Assembly: GCA_963771275.1 (NCBI GenBank) | Contig: CAVYSW010000010.1 | Coordinates: forward strand, 512,001 to 576,000 | From: an uncultured Gemmatimonadales bacterium | GTDB taxonomy: Bacteria; Gemmatimonadota; Gemmatimonadetes; Gemmatimonadales; GWC2-71-9 | DNA: 64,000 nt | Direction of reading: 5' to 3' | In this document: positions 8,847 to 19,542 of the stretch, in pieces | Position numbering within the stretch: the stretch's first letter is position 1 | Layout of the letters: each line of letters begins with the position of its first letter | The notes under the pieces: generated by a model | Database searches by the model: none | What the model saw: only the letters and a program-made list of their open reading frames with translations | What the model was told of the DNA's origin: nothing | Translations under genes and position numbers: made by a program

Positions 8847-11045
8847 ATGACTGACGTGCGTCTCTGCCCTGCCTGCGGCCACCGGATCGAGGCCAGCGAT
8901 CAGTTCTGCCCGGACTGTGGCGCGGTGCTGTCCCGCACGTCGGTCGAGGCGCATACCGTGCTCGGCGCCGAGCCCGGCCCGGCGGAGAGCCCCTGGGAGG
9001 CCGTCCTGACGCAGCTGCGGGAGGTGACGCGGGGGCGGTTCGAGATCGAGAAGGAGCTGGGTGAGGGCGGCATGGCGGCCGTGTACCTGGCGTATGAGCC
9101 CGCCCTCGATCGCCGCGTCGCGATCAAGGTCATGTCCCCCGCGCTGCTCATGGAGAAGGGCATGGTGGGCCGCTTCAAGCAGGAAGCGGTCACCATCGCC
9201 GCGCTCAAGCACCCCAATATCGTGACCGTGCACGGAGTCGAGCACCACGACCAGCTCCACTTTTTCGTGCTCGATTTCGTGGAGCGGGGCTCGCTCGACG
9301 CAGTGATGCGGCGCTTCGGCCCGCTGCCGGTTTCGGTCGTCGGGGCGTGGCTGGCGCAGATCGCGAGCGCCCTCGAATACGCGCACCGCCGCGGCGTGGT
9401 GCACCGGGACATCAAGCCGGCGAACGTGCTGCTCGACGCCGAGGGGAACGCGATCGTCACCGACTTCGGCATCGCCAAGGTGACGGAGCGGGTCGGCTTC
9501 ACGATGACGGGCGCCACGGTGGGCACGCCATCATACATGAGTCCCGAGCAGTGCCTCGCCCAGCCCGTGACCGGGGCCTCGGACCAGTACTCGCTGGGCA
9601 TCGTCGCCTACGCGATGCTCACCGGTGCGCCGCCGTTCCGCGGCTCGACGCTCGAGGTCATGCGGGCGCACACCGAGGTTGCCCCGGTGCCGGTCACGAC
9701 GGCGCGACCGGACTGCCCGCCCGCGCTCGCACAGGTCGTGATGCGGATGCTCGAGAAGGACGCCGCGCGCCGCTGGCCGAATCTCGCGGCGGCGGTGACG
9801 GCGTATCGCGGCGCGCCGCCGGGACTGCACGACCCGGTGCATGAGCAGATGGCGGCGTTGGCGCGGGGCGAACGCTTGAGCGGGATCGCGCCCACGGATA
9901 CGCCGACCACTCCCCTGCCCGACCTGAACGCCGTGCCGAAGCGGGCCCGCCCGCTCGTGCTCACGCTGGGACTCGGGATCGCGGGGGCCGTCGCCACGGT
10001 CGGTGTGCTGTTCGTGGTGTTGCGGGGACCAGCGCCGCAGCCGACCTCCGCCCCGCCCCCGACCTCAACTGCCGAGCCCGTCGCAGCCGCGCCCGCCCCC
10101 GCCGATACGGTGCGTCCCCCGGTCGTGGCTCCGGCGCCGCCGAGCGCCGTGCTCGCCGCGGTGCGGGTCTCCCCGGCGGCAGTCTCGCTGGGAGTCGGCG
10201 AGACGCGACAGCTGCGGGCGCTCCCGCTCGACGCGTCCGGGCGGTCCCTGAGTGTGCGTCGGGTAACGTGGTCGGCGCGGGATCCCGGCATTGCGTCGGT
10301 CGCGAGCGACGGGCAGGTCACCGGAGCGGCGGCCGGGACGACCGAGGTACTGGCCACCGTCGAGGGAAAGACCGGGAGCGCCACCGTGACCGTCGCGTCC
10401 GAGGCGGTCGCCTCTGTCGCGGTGACTCCGGCGGGCGTCGAGCTGCAGGCGGGTCAGACGGCGCAACTCGCCGCCCATGTGCTGGGTGCCCGAGGGGCGC
10501 GACTCGACCGACCCGTCGAGTGGCGCTCGGCCAATCCCGCCGTGGCCACCGTCTCGGCCGGCGGCGCGGTCACGGCGGCGGGAACGGGAGTCGCCGTCAT
10601 TTCCGCCACGGCCGAAGGTCGCCTCGGGCAAGCGACGGTCACGGTCACCGCCCCCACGGCGCCGGTCAGCGCGGCTCCGCTGAGCGAAGCCGAGGCGACG
10701 CGGCAGATCGACCGATGGATCCAGGGGTTCGTAACGGCGTTGGATGCGGCGCTTCAGCGCCGGGATCTGGCGGCGGTGCGCGCCGCGTATCAGGTCACGA
10801 TGCCGGAAGACGATCAGACCGAATGGCGGAACCGCCTCTCGGTGGACGCCCACTGGCGCGCGCGCCCCTCGCCGACCAACCTGCCGCCCAAGCGGGTCGG
10901 CGGCGTGTGGGTCAGCGAGTTCGAGGTCGAGTTCGAGGTCGAGGCGTCGGGGCGCACGCAGCGCCCGAAGAACAGCTTCTTCGCGGAGTTCGAGCCCGGC
11001 CCGGGTGGGTTGAAGCTCTCGTCGCTCAACCTGCGGTTGCGCTAG
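8847..11045 (+). CDS. Hanks-type Ser/Thr protein kinase: zinc ribbon, kinase, TM, two Big_2-like Ig domains, C-terminal domain
   Basis: CPACG..CPDCG; LGEGGMAAVY, VAIK, HRDIKPAN, DFGIA, GTPSYMSPE; WS..P.(I/V)A.V Ig repeats. Confidence 0.95.
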   Translation: MTDVRLCPACGHRIEASDQFCPDCGAVLSRTSVEAHTVLGAEPGPAESPWEAVLTQLREVTRGRFEIEKELGEGGMAAVYLAYEPALDRRVAIKVMSPALLMEKGMVGRFKQEAVTIAALKHPNIVTVHGVEHHDQLHFFVLDFVERGSLDAVMRRFGPLPVSVVGAWLAQIASALEYAHRRGVVHRDIKPANVLLDAEGNAIVTDFGIAKVTERVGFTMTGATVGTPSYMSPEQCLAQPVTGASDQYSLGIVAYAMLTGAPPFRGSTLEVMRAHTEVAPVPVTTARPDCPPALAQVVMRMLEKDAARRWPNLAAAVTAYRGAPPGLHDPVHEQMAALARGERLSGIAPTDTPTTPLPDLNAVPKRARPLVLTLGLGIAGAVATVGVLFVVLRGPAPQPTSAPPPTSTAEPVAAAPAPADTVRPPVVAPAPPSAVLAAVRVSPAAVSLGVGETRQLRALPLDASGRSLSVRRVTWSARDPGIASVASDGQVTGAAAGTTEVLATVEGKTGSATVTVASEAVASVAVTPAGVELQAGQTAQLAAHVLGARGARLDRPVEWRSANPAVATVSAGGAVTAAGTGVAVISATAEGRLGQATVTVTAPTAPVSAAPLSEAEATRQIDRWIQGFVTALDAALQRRDLAAVRAAYQVTMPEDDQTEWRNRLSVDAHWRARPSPTNLPPKRVGGVWVSEFEVEFEVEASGRTQRPKNSFFAEFEPGPGGLKLSSLNLRLR

Positions 11046-11057
11046 CCCCGAGATCCC

Positions 11058-14000
11058 TCACCGCAGCGTGACCGTGATCAATCGCGGTTGCGCTCCCTGT
11101 CCCGTGATTTCGAGTACCGCCACGCTGTTGGCCGGCTCGTCCGCCGCCTTGGCGGGATCGATGGCGACCGTCAGCGTCGCCGGCGCGATCCGGCTGTCGA
11201 ACAGCACGAAGAGCCAGTCCACCCCCGTGGTGTCCCGCACGCTCAGCTCCCGCAGCGTGCCACTGCCGCCGTTGGTGATCCTCACGGTCTGGGCCGGCGG
11301 GTTCGGCCGATCGAACGTCAGGGAATCGCGCGACAGCACGATCGCGGGTGACCGCCCGAGATCGACGTAGTACTTCACGGTGGCGATCAGCGTATCCGGG
11401 GCCAGGCTGCCGACGATCCGGATGGTCGCGAGGTAGGCCGTGTCGCGCGCGGGCGGGACGGCGATCGGCCACACGCGTATCGTCGCGGGCGCGGCGCCGA
11501 GGGCGGAGCTTCGACGTGGAGCCAGGCGGAGTCGTCCGGCGGGGCTCAGGCGTGAGGCTTCCTGTCGGGCGGCCGGCCGGATCGAACACGGTGAATGCCT
11601 GCGTGTCGGCCGGCACCGGATCGCCCGCGAGCACGTGGAACGCGAGCACGGCAGGCGAGCGCTGGATGCGCGGGGGAGGCACCACCTCGAAAGTGACCCG
11701 CACGGTGTCGGGCTGCGCGATCGATTGGGTCGAAAGGACCGCAACGGTCCCGGTCCGCGTGCCCGGCGCAAGGCCGATGGGGTTGGCTTCGATGACCACG
11801 CGCGGCGGGCTGGTGGCGCTGTCCACCCGCGCCTGCAGCCAGGACTGGCTCGTGACGGGCTGCTGCAGACTGCCGGGAGCGCCGTTCCCTGCGTTGAGCA
11901 CGACGATCGTATCCGCGTCCGCGGCGGCGGTCCCTGCCACAGCCGCGAGCTTCAGGCGATCAGGTGACGCGGCGATGACGGGACCGGGATCGATCACCGC
12001 GAACACGCGCACCGTGTCTTTGCCGACTCCGGCGATCTGCGACGACACGACGAGCATGGCCTGGTAACTCCCCGGAACGGCGAGGAGCTGGTGAGGTTGC
12101 AGGCTGAGCCCGGTGGGCGCCGTGGTTGCATCGAGTGTCGCATCGAGCCACGCCGGCACCGTGCCTTCGATCCGGAGCTGCTTGAGCGTGTCGGCGCCGC
12201 CGTTGGTGATCTGCAGCCGTTGGACCGCGGGCCAGGGCGACTGGCCCTGATACGCCCGAAACCGCACCGTATCGGAGGCGAGCACCGTCGTCGGGCCGGT
12301 GACGGTGAGCCGCACGTCCACCGTGTCGGCGCTGTTGCGTGGATCGTCCACCACGATTCTGCCGGTCAGGACGGTGCCGGGACGCGAGCCGGTGGGGATG
12401 CCATTCACCGCGATGGTCAGGGCCGAGTCGCCATCCACGCGGGTCGCCGTGATCCAGCTCGGATGCGTCACCACGGAGGGGCGTCCCGTCCCAGCATACG
12501 TGATGCCCAGGACCGCGCTCGGCAGCTCCGATCCATCGAGCGGTGCGACCAGCGCGACCCCGTCAGGCGAGAGCCAGATGCTGTCGCGCGGCAGCGTGTC
12601 GCTGAGCACGTACCGGATGGTGATAGTCTGCGGTGTGTTGCCGGCCGTCGCCGACGCGATGCGCAGTGTGGCCTCGTACGTTGAATCGCGCTTGAGCCCC
12701 GCGGTGGTGTTGGGTCGCAGGGTGACGCGGGCGGGTACGAGCGTGGTGTCGAGCGCCCAGAACAGCCACGGTGCGGGCGCTGCGAGTGCGCTGCCCCAGC
12801 CGCGCAGCTCGCCCGGCCCGGCGTTGGCGGCAAGCAGCTCGACGACGTGGGGCACGACGCCGGCGGAATCGGCCCGGAACGTCACGGAATCGGATGAGAG
12901 TGCGAGGCTCGGGCCCGCCAGCACCGCAAGCCGTACGCTCACGGTATCCCAGCGTGGGGAGTCACTGCGGACCACGAGGCTGCCGCTGTATTGGCCGACC
13001 GCGAGCCCGGTGGAGTCGACCTGGAGCGAGAGGGCCGCGGGGGCCGTGGGCGCACCGATGCCTGCCCGGAGCCAGGTGGGCAAGCCGGGCATGGTGTCGA
13101 GCCCCGTGAGTGTGCCCTGCCCGTCGTTGGTGAGGCTCACCACCTGCGGGGCGGGAACGGGACCCGCGCGGTACATCGTGAAGGCCACGGCGCCCGGTGA
13201 CGCGCGCACGGTCGGTCCCCGCCGCACGCGCAGCACCACCACCATCGTCTGGGAGCCGCCTCCGCCCGATGAGACCGTGACGCGTGCCGTGTCGGTCACG
13301 ACGCGCGCCGTGTCGGCGGTCGTGTACAGCGACGCCGGCGTGGCGGTGAGCGTGAGCGTGTCGGGGCTGCTCCCCGTCGAGAGCGATGCGGTGAGCCACG
13401 GGCGAGTCGGGGCGGATGCGGCCAGGCCCGCCAGCGGGCGGAGCTTCGCTTCACGGACCCGCACGCCGCGTGTGATCGGGCCATCCCCTTCGACGGCCTC
13501 CAGCACGACGGTGTCGGCGGCGAGTGCGAGCGTCGGCGGATCGGCAACCACGAACGTCACGAGGATCGTGTCGGCTTCCGGGTCCGCGATCCGCGACGAC
13601 ACCACCACCATCGCCTGATACGAGCCGGGCGCGCCCGGGAATGCGTCCGGCACGATGTCGACGTGGGCAGGCGCGGTGGGCGAGCCGAGGGTGGCGGACA
13701 GCCAGCCCGCCGACACGCTTGGGTCGCGCAGCTCGCTCAGGATGCCCGTTCCGCCGTTGGTCACCGTGATCGTCTGCCTGGGCGGGAGTGCCCCGCCGGC
13801 AATGGCGCCGAACGTGAGCGCCGTGTCCGATAGGGCAATCTGCTGGGTCTGTCCCACCTCGAAGGTGACCGTGATGGTCCGCGGGCTGCTGTCCGCCGCC
13901 GGCAGCACGACGCCGAGCGTCGCCGTGTAGGTGGTGTCGACCGTGAGATGCTCGGCGCTCGCGGCCAGGATGATCGTCGTGTCCTGGAGCGTCGCCGTCA

Positions 14001-14247
14001 GCCATCCCGTGGCGGCATCCTGATAGGCGGGCTGGGTGAGCGTGAGGCCGGCCAGCGTGCCCCGCCCGTTGTTCGACACGACGACCCGCGCGCTGTCGGG
14101 CGTGGTACTGCCCTTGGGGGCGAACATCGCGACCTCGCGCGCCGAGAGCGCCAGCACCGGCACGTCGGCGGGCGGCGTGATGCCCGTGTCGCAGGCCGCG
14201 GCGCCGGCAGCGACCAGCAGCACCCGGAAACGCGCCCCGGCCGTCAT
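11058..14247 (-). CDS. Large lipoprotein with about 10 tandem Ig/BACON-like repeats; frameshifted at about 11500-11550
   Basis: Lipobox AAAC; about 100-aa repeats with N.G.GTL and WL motifs; the last repeat lies in the 11058..11771 frame; TGATG coupling to the upstream gene. Confidence 0.8.
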
Positions 14248-15593
14248 CAGAACTTGTACTGCAGGCCGGCCGACCAGATGATGCCGGGCCGCAGGCCGCC
14301 GCTGTTGAGGGGAATCACGGTGCTCGTGATGACCGTCATGCCGACACCCCGTTCCGCGCCCGTGGCGCAGAGGTGCGGCCACCGGTCCGTGCAGGGGACC
14401 GACCACTTCAAGCCGAACGTTGCGTCCACCCGGTTGTCGCGGATGTCCGGGATGGTGGTGGCGGGCACCGAGCGGGTGAACGGCTCGGTGTACTGGATGT
14501 CCGCCGGCACCCGAAGGGCGCTGCGGTCGATCTCCGTTTCCGCGAGGACGTCTACCGCGAGCGTGACGCCGTCGGTGATCACGTGGTCGAATCCCGCCGC
14601 CGCGACCAACGAGTGGTTCTGCAGTGAGTCGGCGCGGCCGCGGTACAGGTACCCGAGGTTGACGTGCGGCGTGAACCGGCCGAACTCGGCGGAGACGACG
14701 CCCAGGCCGCGCGCGGCGACCGTGCCGAGGCCGAGCAGGTTGTCCACGCTCCCCGTCGGCAATCGTAGGTCGCCCTGCAGCGCCAGCCCGAGCTTGTCGC
14801 CCTGATGGAGATTGAGCTTGAAGCGGACGCCGAGGTCGCCAATCCCGATGGCCGATCCCTCCTGGTAGCTCGTCTCGCTGACCTTGGGGTCTTCCGCCGG
14901 ACCGCCAAAGCTGTAGACGGAGGTCGCGCCGAACGGGATGATGCTGGCGTCGCTCCGGCCCGTGATGGCGGTGTACACCACCGGCAGCGCCACGCCGATG
15001 TCGAGGCGGTTGGTGACGCCGTACGTGGCGAAGAACGACGCGGCGAATGTGCGGATGGACAGCTGCGTGCGGACCTGGAGGATGTTGTTTTCCTGGATCG
15101 GGTTGCCGAAGCCGGGTGTGCCCGGGATGTCGACGTGCCGGAAGTTGAACAGCAGGTCGTTGATCGGGATCCCGCGGAGGTTCCGGAAGCCCATCTGGGT
15201 GAACAGCACGCCGAGCAGCAGCTTGTTCCGTCCCAGGGACGGCGCGCGCTCGGCATAGATCGGTCCGCCCGAGACGAGTCGGGTCTGGATCCGGCCGCCG
15301 GGGGTGAACTCGACGACGCTGCCGGCGCTCGTGGCGGGGGTCGGGATGTTGGCGACGCTCAGGCTGATGGCGTCACTCACGAATCCGATGAGGAGGCTAT
15401 TGCCCGATTCGAGCGCGTCGGAGAACGCGAGGGCCGCGTCCTGCCCACTGGTGTTCTGGAGGCAGAGGAGCACGTCGGCGCCGCAATCGCCGAAGCGGAA
15501 CAGTGCCAGCACTCGCTGGCGAAGGGTCTGCGCGCGCAGGGGCGCGGCCGGGAGGAGGAGCAGGATCAGGCAGAGCAGTGTTCGCGGGGCCAT
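14247..15593 (-). CDS. Outer-membrane beta-barrel 'transporter'-family protein
   Basis: Signal peptide (LRAQ), GIGDL..R.K and LPTG motifs, amphipathic strands, C-terminal GLQYKF beta signal. Confidence 0.75.
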   Translation of the reverse strand: MAPRTLLCLILLLLPAAPLRAQTLRQRVLALFRFGDCGADVLLCLQNTSGQDAALAFSDALESGNSLLIGFVSDAISLSVANIPTPATSAGSVVEFTPGGRIQTRLVSGGPIYAERAPSLGRNKLLLGVLFTQMGFRNLRGIPINDLLFNFRHVDIPGTPGFGNPIQENNILQVRTQLSIRTFAASFFATYGVTNRLDIGVALPVVYTAITGRSDASIIPFGATSVYSFGGPAEDPKVSETSYQEGSAIGIGDLGVRFKLNLHQGDKLGLALQGDLRLPTGSVDNLLGLGTVAARGLGVVSAEFGRFTPHVNLGYLYRGRADSLQNHSLVAAAGFDHVITDGVTLAVDVLAETEIDRSALRVPADIQYTEPFTRSVPATTIPDIRDNRVDATFGLKWSVPCTDRWPHLCATGAERGVGMTVITSTVIPLNSGGLRPGIIWSAGLQYKF

Positions 15594-15618
15594 GACTCCC
15601 TTGCCTGCCGGGCGCCGC

Positions 15619-16497
15619 TCAGGGCGCGAGCACGATGCGGTTGCCGCCCTGGGCCTTGGCCTGCCGGAGTCCCTGCTCTGCGGCCTGCACCAGCAGCTCG
15701 TGCGACTCACCCCGCTGGGGCACGCGCGCCGCGACGCCGCCGCTCACGGTCACCCGCTGGAGGTCGCCGTGCTCCCCGGGGTAGTCAATGCCGAGGGCCG
15801 CGACAGCCTGCCGGAGCCGTTCGCAGTGCGCCCGCGCCGCGGCCGCATCGAGCCCGCCCGCGAACAGCACGCCGAACGTCCCGCGATCGTACCGCGCGAC
15901 GAGGTCGCCCTCCCGGCGAAGGTCCGTGGCAAGGGCCGTCGCGACGCGCCGCAGTCCCCGGTCTCCCTCGAGGTGCCCCACGCCGTGGTTGTATGCGCGA
16001 AACGCGTCGATGTCAAGCAGCCCGAGCGCGACCGGCACCCTGAGGCGGATGGAGCGCTTCCACTCTCCCAGCAGGGCCTCGTCCCAGACGGTGCGGTTGG
16101 GGATGCCGGTGATGCCGTCGAGCCGGCTCTGCCGCAGCCGCTCCTCGGTGACGTCGCGCGCGACCGCGTACAGCAGACCGCTCGCGGCATCGGGGTAGCA
16201 GGTCCAGGACAGGTGCCTGTAGCTCCCGTCCTTCGCGCGGTAGCGGTTCTCGAATGCCAGGCACAGCTGGCCGCTCGCCAGCTGCCGCGTCTGAGCCACG
16301 GTTTCGAGACGGTCCTCCGCGTGGACGAACTCGAGGAACGGCCGCGCCAGCAGCTCGTCGCTCGAATAGCCCAGCACGCGTTCGAACGAGTGGTTGACCC
16401 GGCGGAAATACCCGGTCACGTCCGCAATGCAGAGCATGTCGACGGCGTAATCGAAGAACCGATCCAGGTCCAACGACTGCGACGGGCGCTGAGGCAC
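15619..16497 (-). CDS. PAS plus degenerate GGDEF domain protein
   Basis: PAS; D..TG.PNR, LLDID.F..YN...GH..GD, SGGVA, AK..GGN; active-site motif reads YDRGTF. Confidence 0.85.
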   Translation of the reverse strand: MPQRPSQSLDLDRFFDYAVDMLCIADVTGYFRRVNHSFERVLGYSSDELLARPFLEFVHAEDRLETVAQTRQLASGQLCLAFENRYRAKDGSYRHLSWTCYPDAASGLLYAVARDVTEERLRQSRLDGITGIPNRTVWDEALLGEWKRSIRLRVPVALGLLDIDAFRAYNHGVGHLEGDRGLRRVATALATDLRREGDLVARYDRGTFGVLFAGGLDAAAARAHCERLRQAVAALGIDYPGEHGDLQRVTVSGGVAARVPQRGESHELLVQAAEQGLRQAKAQGGNRIVLAP

Positions 16498-16636
16498 GGG
16501 GCGCTCACCTCGGTGGCGGGGGACGATGCTGATGTATCGACAGTCGGCGAGACGCCGTCAAGGGCGCGCGGGCTGGCGTCGGTTGGTACGGGCGGCGATA
16601 CTGCCCTGCACACCACCTGCACCGTTCGGGGATCCC

Positions 16637-17881
16637 ATGCACGTCCTCGTGCTGAATTGCGGTTCGGCGACGCTCAAGTTCCAGATCATCGAGACCGACC
16701 AGCAGCTGATCGAGCGTGACGCCGATCGCCAGCTCGCGAGCGGCGTGCTCGAGCGGGTCGGCGGGCAGTCGCTCGTGACCCTGGAAGCGACGGGCCAACC
16801 CAAGGAGCGGCACGCGGAGCCGATCCGCGACCATCGCACGGCCATCGACTACGTCCTCAAGTGGATCGTCTCCAGCGATTCGCACATCGACTCGATCAAC
16901 TCGCTCGCCGATCTCCACGCCGTGGGCCATCGGGTGGTGCACGGGGGCGAGCGGTTCCGCAAATCGGTGCGGATCGACGCGGCGGTGATCGACGGGATCG
17001 CCGAGTGCATCGAGCTCGCGCCGCTCCACAACCCCGCGAATCTCAACGGCATCAAAGCGGCGGTCGCGCTGCTGGGCGAGGGGATGCCGCAGGTCGCCGT
17101 GTTCGACACCTCGTTTCACGCGACCATGCCGGAGGCCTCGTACCTCTACGGCCTGCCCTACCAGCTCTACCGGCGGCACAAGATCCGCCGCTACGGCTTC
17201 CACGGCACCTCGCACCGCTACATCGCGTACCGCTACCGCCGGATGCTCGGGCTCTCCCCGGAGCAGGTGAACATCGTCACGCTCCATCTGGGCAACGGGT
17301 CCTCGGCGTGCGCCATCAAAGGAGGCAAGTCGTTTGACACCTCCATGGGCTTCACGCCGCTCGAGGGCCTGATCATGGGGACGCGGGCGGGCGACGTCGA
17401 CGCGTCGCTGGTCGGCTACCTCGCGGCCAAGGAGGGCATGCGCCTGCATGAGATCGACGTGCTGCTCAACAAGCAGTCGGGTCTGTTGGGCATCTCCGGG
17501 CTGACCGGGGATATGCGGGAGCTGCTCGAGGAGGAGGCCGAGAACAAGGACCGCCGCGCCGGCCTCGCGATCGACATGTTCTGCGGCCGGGTGAAACGCT
17601 ACATCGGCGCGTACCTGGCCGAGATGGGCGGCGCCGACGCGATCGTGTTCAGCGGCGGGATCGGACAGAACTCGCCCCCCGTGCGCGAGCGGATCTGCGC
17701 GGGGCTCGAGCCGCTGGGCCTGGTGCTCGATCCGGCGCGCAACACCGGGCTTGCGAACGGCGAGGGGGAGATCTCGCGGACCGAGAGCCGACTCAAGGCC
17801 TACGTGATTCCCACCAACGAGGAGCTGCTGATCGCACGAGACACGTACCGGGTCGTGGCGGACCTGCCGAGGCGGTGGTAG
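16637..17881 (+). CDS. ackA: Acetate kinase
   Basis: [53 protein letters not shown]. Confidence 0.97.
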   Translation: MHVLVLNCGSATLKFQIIETDQQLIERDADRQLASGVLERVGGQSLVTLEATGQPKERHAEPIRDHRTAIDYVLKWIVSSDSHIDSINSLADLHAVGHRVVHGGERFRKSVRIDAAVIDGIAECIELAPLHNPANLNGIKAAVALLGEGMPQVAVFDTSFHATMPEASYLYGLPYQLYRRHKIRRYGFHGTSHRYIAYRYRRMLGLSPEQVNIVTLHLGNGSSACAIKGGKSFDTSMGFTPLEGLIMGTRAGDVDASLVGYLAAKEGMRLHEIDVLLNKQSGLLGISGLTGDMRELLEEEAENKDRRAGLAIDMFCGRVKRYIGAYLAEMGGADAIVFSGGIGQNSPPVRERICAGLEPLGLVLDPARNTGLANGEGEISRTESRLKAYVIPTNEELLIARDTYRVVADLPRRW

Positions 17882-17915
17882 CGGAGCCAGCCGGGCTGAG
17901 GACTGGGAAAAGCGA

Positions 17916-17937
17916 CGCCCCGCCGCATGGCGGGGCG
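17916..17937. terminator. GC hairpin between convergent ackA and tRNA-Pro
   Basis: CGCCCCGCC-gcat-GGCGGGGCG with an A-run upstream on the plus strand (a U-tract for the minus strand). Confidence 0.55.
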
Positions 17938-17939
17938 AG

Positions 17940-18013
17940 TCGGGGCGGCCGGATTCGAACCGGCGACCCCCTGCTCCCAAAGCAGGTGCGCTACCGGACT
18001 GCGCTACGCCCCG
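17940..18013 (-). tRNA. tRNA-Pro(TGG)
   Basis: CGGGGCGTAGCGCAG...TTTGGGA...GGTTCGAATCC..CCCCGA. Confidence 0.95.
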
Positions 18014-18099
18014 AGCTCAGGCAAACCTAACAGCACGCGAACGCCGACGCACCCGCTGCCCTCTTGCGCCGTCGCGCGGGGGCGTGGAGCATTGGAGCC

Positions 18100-19242
18100 A
18101 TGTCCCAGCCGCCGTTCTCACCTCCCGGGTCCCCTGATCCGGCGAGGCCGCTTGCCCCGCCCGACTTGCCTCCCCAGGACCTCGAGTGCGTCCCGGTCGA
18201 GCGCGCCGAGACGATCCCCGCCCGATGGTACCGCGACCCGGGGTTCCACGATCTCGAGCGTGACGCAGTGTTCGCGCGCAGCTGGCAGCACGTCGGGCAC
18301 ACGAGCCAGCTTCCCGAGGTCGGCGACCATCTCATCGCCATGGTGGCGCGCCGGCCGGTCCTCCTCGTGCGGGCGGCCGACGGCGCGATCCACGCGTTCT
18401 ACAACGTCTGCCGCCATCGCGGCGGGCCGCTCGCCCTGAAGGACGGGCACGCGCACATGCTGCAGTGCCGCTACCACGGCTGGACCTATCGGCTGGACGG
18501 CATGCTGCGCGGCGTCCCGCACTTCAACCGCACCGAGCTGTTCGACAAGGAGGACTACGGACTCGTCCCGGTCCGGCTCGCGGAGTGGCAGGGGCTCCTC
18601 TTCGTCCATCTCGAGCCCCACCCCGCGCCGCTCGACGGCTTCGTCGCCGGGATCGGCGAGCGGCTGGCGCCGGCGCGGCTCGACGCGCTGCGTTTCGCGA
18701 GACGGGTGGACTACGAGGCGCGCTGCAATTGGAAGGTGTACGTGGACAACTACCTGGAAGGCTATCACGTGCCGCACGTGCACCCGGAGCTCTGCGCGCT
18801 GTACGACTTCCAGGCCTACCGCACCGAGCTCTCCACGTGGTACTCCTTGCAGGTCGGCCCGCTGTCCGGCAAGGACACGCCCTACGGCGTGTCCTTGGGT
18901 GAGGCGCTGTACTACTGGGTGTTCCCCAATCTGATGCTGAACATCCTGCCCGGCCGCCTGCAGACCAACGTCGTGGTCCCGCTGGCGCCGGACCGGTGTG
19001 GGGTGATGTTCCGGTACTACTACGCCGACGTGGAGTCTGCGGCGGGCCGGAGCGTGATCGAGAGCGACCTCGCGTTCTCCGACGCGGTGCAGCGGGAAGA
19101 CATCGAGATCTGCGAGCGCGTGCAGGAAGGACTGGAGTCGGGAGTGTACGACCGCGGCCGGTTCTCGGCCGACATGGAGGCTGGCGTGCACCACTTCCAG
19201 TCACTCGTGAAACAGGCGTTTCGGCGGCACCTCGCCCGCTGA
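18100..19242 (+). CDS. Rieske non-heme iron oxygenase alpha subunit (choline monooxygenase-like)
   Basis: NVCRHRG...CRYHGW Rieske motif; NWK...DNYLEGYH.P.VH iron site; QREDI.ICE.VQ.G. Confidence 0.92.
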   Translation: MSQPPFSPPGSPDPARPLAPPDLPPQDLECVPVERAETIPARWYRDPGFHDLERDAVFARSWQHVGHTSQLPEVGDHLIAMVARRPVLLVRAADGAIHAFYNVCRHRGGPLALKDGHAHMLQCRYHGWTYRLDGMLRGVPHFNRTELFDKEDYGLVPVRLAEWQGLLFVHLEPHPAPLDGFVAGIGERLAPARLDALRFARRVDYEARCNWKVYVDNYLEGYHVPHVHPELCALYDFQAYRTELSTWYSLQVGPLSGKDTPYGVSLGEALYYWVFPNLMLNILPGRLQTNVVVPLAPDRCGVMFRYYYADVESAAGRSVIESDLAFSDAVQREDIEICERVQEGLESGVYDRGRFSADMEAGVHHFQSLVKQAFRRHLAR

Positions 19243-19338
19243 GCGCCGGGCCGCGGGGGGCCCCGGAGGCTCAGCGGGGATCGGCAGGGCTTCCGGAACT
19301 CTGCGACACCACCGGTGGTTATTAGGGGGCGGGAGTTC

Positions 19339-19455
19339 ATGATGTGCCAGCGAGGTCACTTGCTCTGCATCCAACGGCTCGCCTGCGCGTGTGGCTGCGC
19401 GCGGGACGGGTCGAGGTGTCGCGACGGCTCGGCTGGCGTCGCTCCCGACGGCTGA
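19339..19455 (+). CDS. Putative Cys-rich leader peptide (38 aa) of cysE-cysK
   Basis: GGGAG-ttc-ATG; MMCQRGHLLCIQRLACACGCARDGSRCRDGSAGVAPDG*, six Cys; below the ORF-track cutoff. Confidence 0.65.
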   Translation: MMCQRGHLLCIQRLACACGCARDGSRCRDGSAGVAPDG

Positions 19456-19484
19456 GCGCTGTCGGCAGCCGGCAGCGAGCATCT

Positions 19485-19520
19485 GGACCGCGGCGCCTGT
19501 TGGTCGCGGTCCCTTCGTTC
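19485..19520 (+). terminator. Attenuator-like hairpin upstream of cysE
   Basis: GGACCGCGGC-N8-GTCGCGGTCC followed by CTTCGTTC. Confidence 0.55.
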
Positions 19521-19542
19521 GAGGAGGGATCGAGGATCGGGC

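Noticed and set aside
8500..17940. Genomic island between tRNA-Arg and tRNA-Pro
   Set aside because: No integrase, transposase or att duplication; composition looks like the flanks and the region includes ackA.
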